Assembly (NCBI GenBank): GCA_002104905.1 | Contig: MCFE01000120.1 | Coordinates: forward strand, 1 to 64,000 | Length of the DNA: 64,000 nt | Direction: 5' to 3' | Origin: Basidiobolus meristosporus CBS 931.73 | Lineage: Eukaryota; Fungi; Basidiobolomycota | Notes under the pieces: generated by a model | Databases searched by the model: none | What the model was told of the DNA's origin: nothing | What the model saw: only the letters and a program-made list of their open reading frames with translations | Position numbers and translations under genes: made by a program | Shown: in pieces, positions 61,437 to 64,000 of the stretch | Numbering within the stretch: the first letter of the stretch is position 1 | Layout: every line of letters starts with the position of its first letter

Positions 61437-64000
61437 TGTTACAAGTCTTGGTATAAGAGTTGTAGAGGAATAGGGAGTTTAGCTAGTATTGTATTCACTA
61501 AAACTTGAACTGATTTTTATTGAGGTTCCAGCAGCTCCTTATATACATTTTGCCAGATCAATTGCTGACTAATTGTATTTCCTAATGTAGGTTGTGGCTG
61601 ATGACTCATTTGATTGCATCATCATCACCCAATAAGATCCTATTTAATATATCTATTTCTGTCTGATAAGGATCTGCTGATTCATTTGCTGACTAATGCT
61701 ACTGATTTCATAGATAATACTGATGTACTGATAACCTAAACATATACTAACTGATTTGACTAAAAACTGATCTAACTTAAACATTCAAGCAGCAGATCAT
61801 AACATTCTCCCCTACTAAAGTTGAGAGGGTTCTCCTGAATCTCTTTTCTTGTGATACCAATATCTTGATGGTTCAGTATTATCAGCAAGTCTTGCAAGCT
61901 TGAGTCTGTCCCTATGCACTAAGTCTTCCCGGATATTGCCTTGTTTGTCCACCAGTTGGTAAGTTGCAAATGGACATTCTCTGATGATCTTGAATGGTCC
62001 TGTCCATTGTGGCTCAAACTTCTTCCGAGTGTTGTTTCTTAGCAATACAAAGTTCCCAACTGTCAATGCTTCTGGTGCTATAGTCTTATCAAATCTCTGC
62101 TTCATCTTTTCTGCACTTTGAGATACTTTGGTCTGTGCCTCTTGACGTCTTTGTTCCAGTTGCTGGTGTCTACTTGGCTGACTGAGTTCATCTTCTAAGG
62201 TGTCTGTAAGCTTTGGTTGTGTGAGATCTCCTGGAATCCTTGGTTCACATCCATAAACTAAGTAAAATGGTGATTGCTGGGTGGTGTTGTGTACTCTGAC
62301 TCTGCATGCAAAGAGTGCTTGGTCTATATACTCATCCCATCTACTGACAACTCCATTTGCATACTTGGTCAGCATTTTTCCAAATAATCCATTAAACCGC
62401 TCAGTGACTCCATTAGTTCTGGGGTGATATGCCGAGGTTTTCAAGTGTCTGATCCGCTGCATTTCCAGGTAAGCCTCTAATGTCTTTGCCATAAAGTTTG
62501 CACCTCTATTGGATAAGATCTCCACAGGGCATCCAAACTTCATCAGGATCTCATGGTAAATGAAACTTGCAACTTCTTGTTCACTGGCTATTGGTACAGC
62601 TTTAGCAACTGGCCATTTAGTGGCATGGTCAATTGCTACTAGGATCCAACGGTTGCATTTCCTGGTAGTTGGCAGTCTTCCAATAAAGTCAATTCCCCAT
62701 CTCTCAAATGGTCTTACAGGCTCCAAAGGGAAGAGTTCGGCAATTCTTTGTGGCTGGCCCTGATTGATTTGGCAGTTTGGGCATGTTTTCACTAGCTTCT
62801 CAATATCTTGTTTCATTCTGGGCCACCATGCTCTGGCTTTCACAAGGCTATAGGTTCCTTCAATCCCAAGATGTCCATATCCATTGTGTAGCTTATGTAT
62901 TAAATCCAGGCGAGCAACATAAGGACAATAGGCAATAGGGCTTCCATCAACAATTCGGTAGAGTGTTTCATCCTGTACAACAAATTTGCTGGCTTCATCC
63001 CGGATTATCTTCTTGATATCTTCATCCACCTCATTAGGAATGGCTTGGTCCTCCAAGTACTTTGGTAATAGGCTAGGCCAATCTGATTCATGCACCAAGT
63101 TGAGTTGTGCAACTTGATCTAATCTTGATAAGGCATCAGCAATCGTGTTGTTTTTTCCAGGGCAGTAGACAATCTCCAGGTCAAATTGCTGAATGTATTC
63201 ACTCCATCTTGTCATTCTTCTAGAGAGTACCTTCTGAGTAAATATATACTTGAGGGAGGCATGATCAGTCTTCACAGTGCATTTGACTCCTTCAATATAG
63301 CATCTCCATGTCTTCAAACAGTGTATTATAGCAAGCATCTCCTTCTCATGAACTGGATAGTTTTGTTCTGCTGAGTTCAGTTTCTTGGATTCAAAGGCAA
63401 CAGGGTAGTCCTTTCCCTCGTGTTCTTGGCTCAGCACTCCACCAATTGCATAATCTGAAGCATCTGTGCACAGAGTGAACTCTTTTCTGAAGTCTGGTAT
63501 TCTTAAGCTTGGCAACTTAGCAAGTTCATTCTTTAGCGTCTGGAAGGCAGTCTCACAAGCTATGTCCCACTTGTAGGTATTGTCTTTCTTGAGGATATCC
63601 GTTAAAGGGGCTGCAATACTTGCAAATGACTTGACAAATCTCCGATAATAGGAAACCATTCCAAGGAAGGATCTGAGTTCTGATATGCTATGGGGCTGCT
63701 TCAAATTCTTGATTACTTCCACCTTCTTGGGGTCTAAGGTTACTCCTGTGCTAGTCACTATGTGTCCCAGATATTCTACGTGTTCCTTGAAGAATTCACA
63801 CTTGGCTAGCTTGCCATATAGCTTGTTCTCTCTTAGTTTCTTCAACACCTTTTCAATGTGTACCATGTGATCCTTTTCTGTCTTGCTGTATATCAATATG
63901 TCATCCAGGTAGATTATCACAAACTTGTCTAAGTACTCCTGAAAGACAGTCTGCATCAGCGTCATGAATGTTGCAGGGGCATTAGTGAGGCCAAAACTCA
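61437..64000 (-). mobile_element. Young family E Ty3/gypsy: 3' LTR 61437-61804 and pol running off the window
   Basis: PPT AGTAGGGGAGAA abuts the LTR start TGTTATGATC; uninterrupted pol frame. Confidence 0.95.
61815..64000 (-). CDS. Pol polyprotein (RT, RNase H, integrase; no chromodomain), 5'-truncated
   Basis: 716-aa ORF: YLDDILI, CTDASDYAIG, HNGYGH..CPNC, WGIDFIG, AYHPRTNG.TER, WTGPF. Confidence 0.95.
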   Translation of the reverse strand, partial: SFGLTNAPATFMTLMQTVFQEYLDKFVIIYLDDILIYSKTEKDHMVHIEKVLKKLRENKLYGKLAKCEFFKEHVEYLGHIVTSTGVTLDPKKVEVIKNLKQPHSISELRSFLGMVSYYRRFVKSFASIAAPLTDILKKDNTYKWDIACETAFQTLKNELAKLPSLRIPDFRKEFTLCTDASDYAIGGVLSQEHEGKDYPVAFESKKLNSAEQNYPVHEKEMLAIIHCLKTWRCYIEGVKCTVKTDHASLKYIFTQKVLSRRMTRWSEYIQQFDLEIVYCPGKNNTIADALSRLDQVAQLNLVHESDWPSLLPKYLEDQAIPNEVDEDIKKIIRDEASKFVVQDETLYRIVDGSPIAYCPYVARLDLIHKLHNGYGHLGIEGTYSLVKARAWWPRMKQDIEKLVKTCPNCQINQGQPQRIAELFPLEPVRPFERWGIDFIGRLPTTRKCNRWILVAIDHATKWPVAKAVPIASEQEVASFIYHEILMKFGCPVEILSNRGANFMAKTLEAYLEMQRIRHLKTSAYHPRTNGVTERFNGLFGKMLTKYANGVVSRWDEYIDQALFACRVRVHNTTQQSPFYLVYGCEPRIPGDLTQPKLTDTLEDELSQPSRHQQLEQRRQEAQTKVSQSAEKMKQRFDKTIAPEALTVGNFVLLRNNTRKKFEPQWTGPFKIIRECPFATYQLVDKQGNIREDLVHRDRLKLARLADNTEPSRYWYHKKRDSGEPSQL

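Overview
Eukaryotic, fungal DNA; intron style, a class IV chitin synthase and the retrotransposon families suggest an early-diverging fungus (Mucoromycota/Zoopagomycota-like), which is an inference. Bases 1 to ~13.5 kb are CpG-normal and hold four genes: the 3' part of a class IV chitin synthase, a spliced ERO1, a secreted SMP-30/gluconolactonase and an orphan 7-TM receptor. They also hold a ~2.8 kb frameshifted relic whose translated fragments match, in order, the N-terminal quarter of a ryanodine receptor (MIR, RIH, SPRY1, two RyR repeats, SPRY2). From ~13.5 kb to the end is a CpG-depleted nested transposon field: at least four Ty3/gypsy-type LTR families (labelled A, B, D, E; D is a chromovirus), Ty1/copia elements (F), CACTA/EnSpm-like elements and a PHIS DNA transposon family with two MITEs. 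Main leads: the RyR-type pseudogene, LTR families A/B inserting at RCGS 4-mers, TCG/CGA-specific cytosine loss in older repeats, and a MITE that truncated its own family's transposase. No tools were used: counts are by hand and reference-protein comparisons are from memory.
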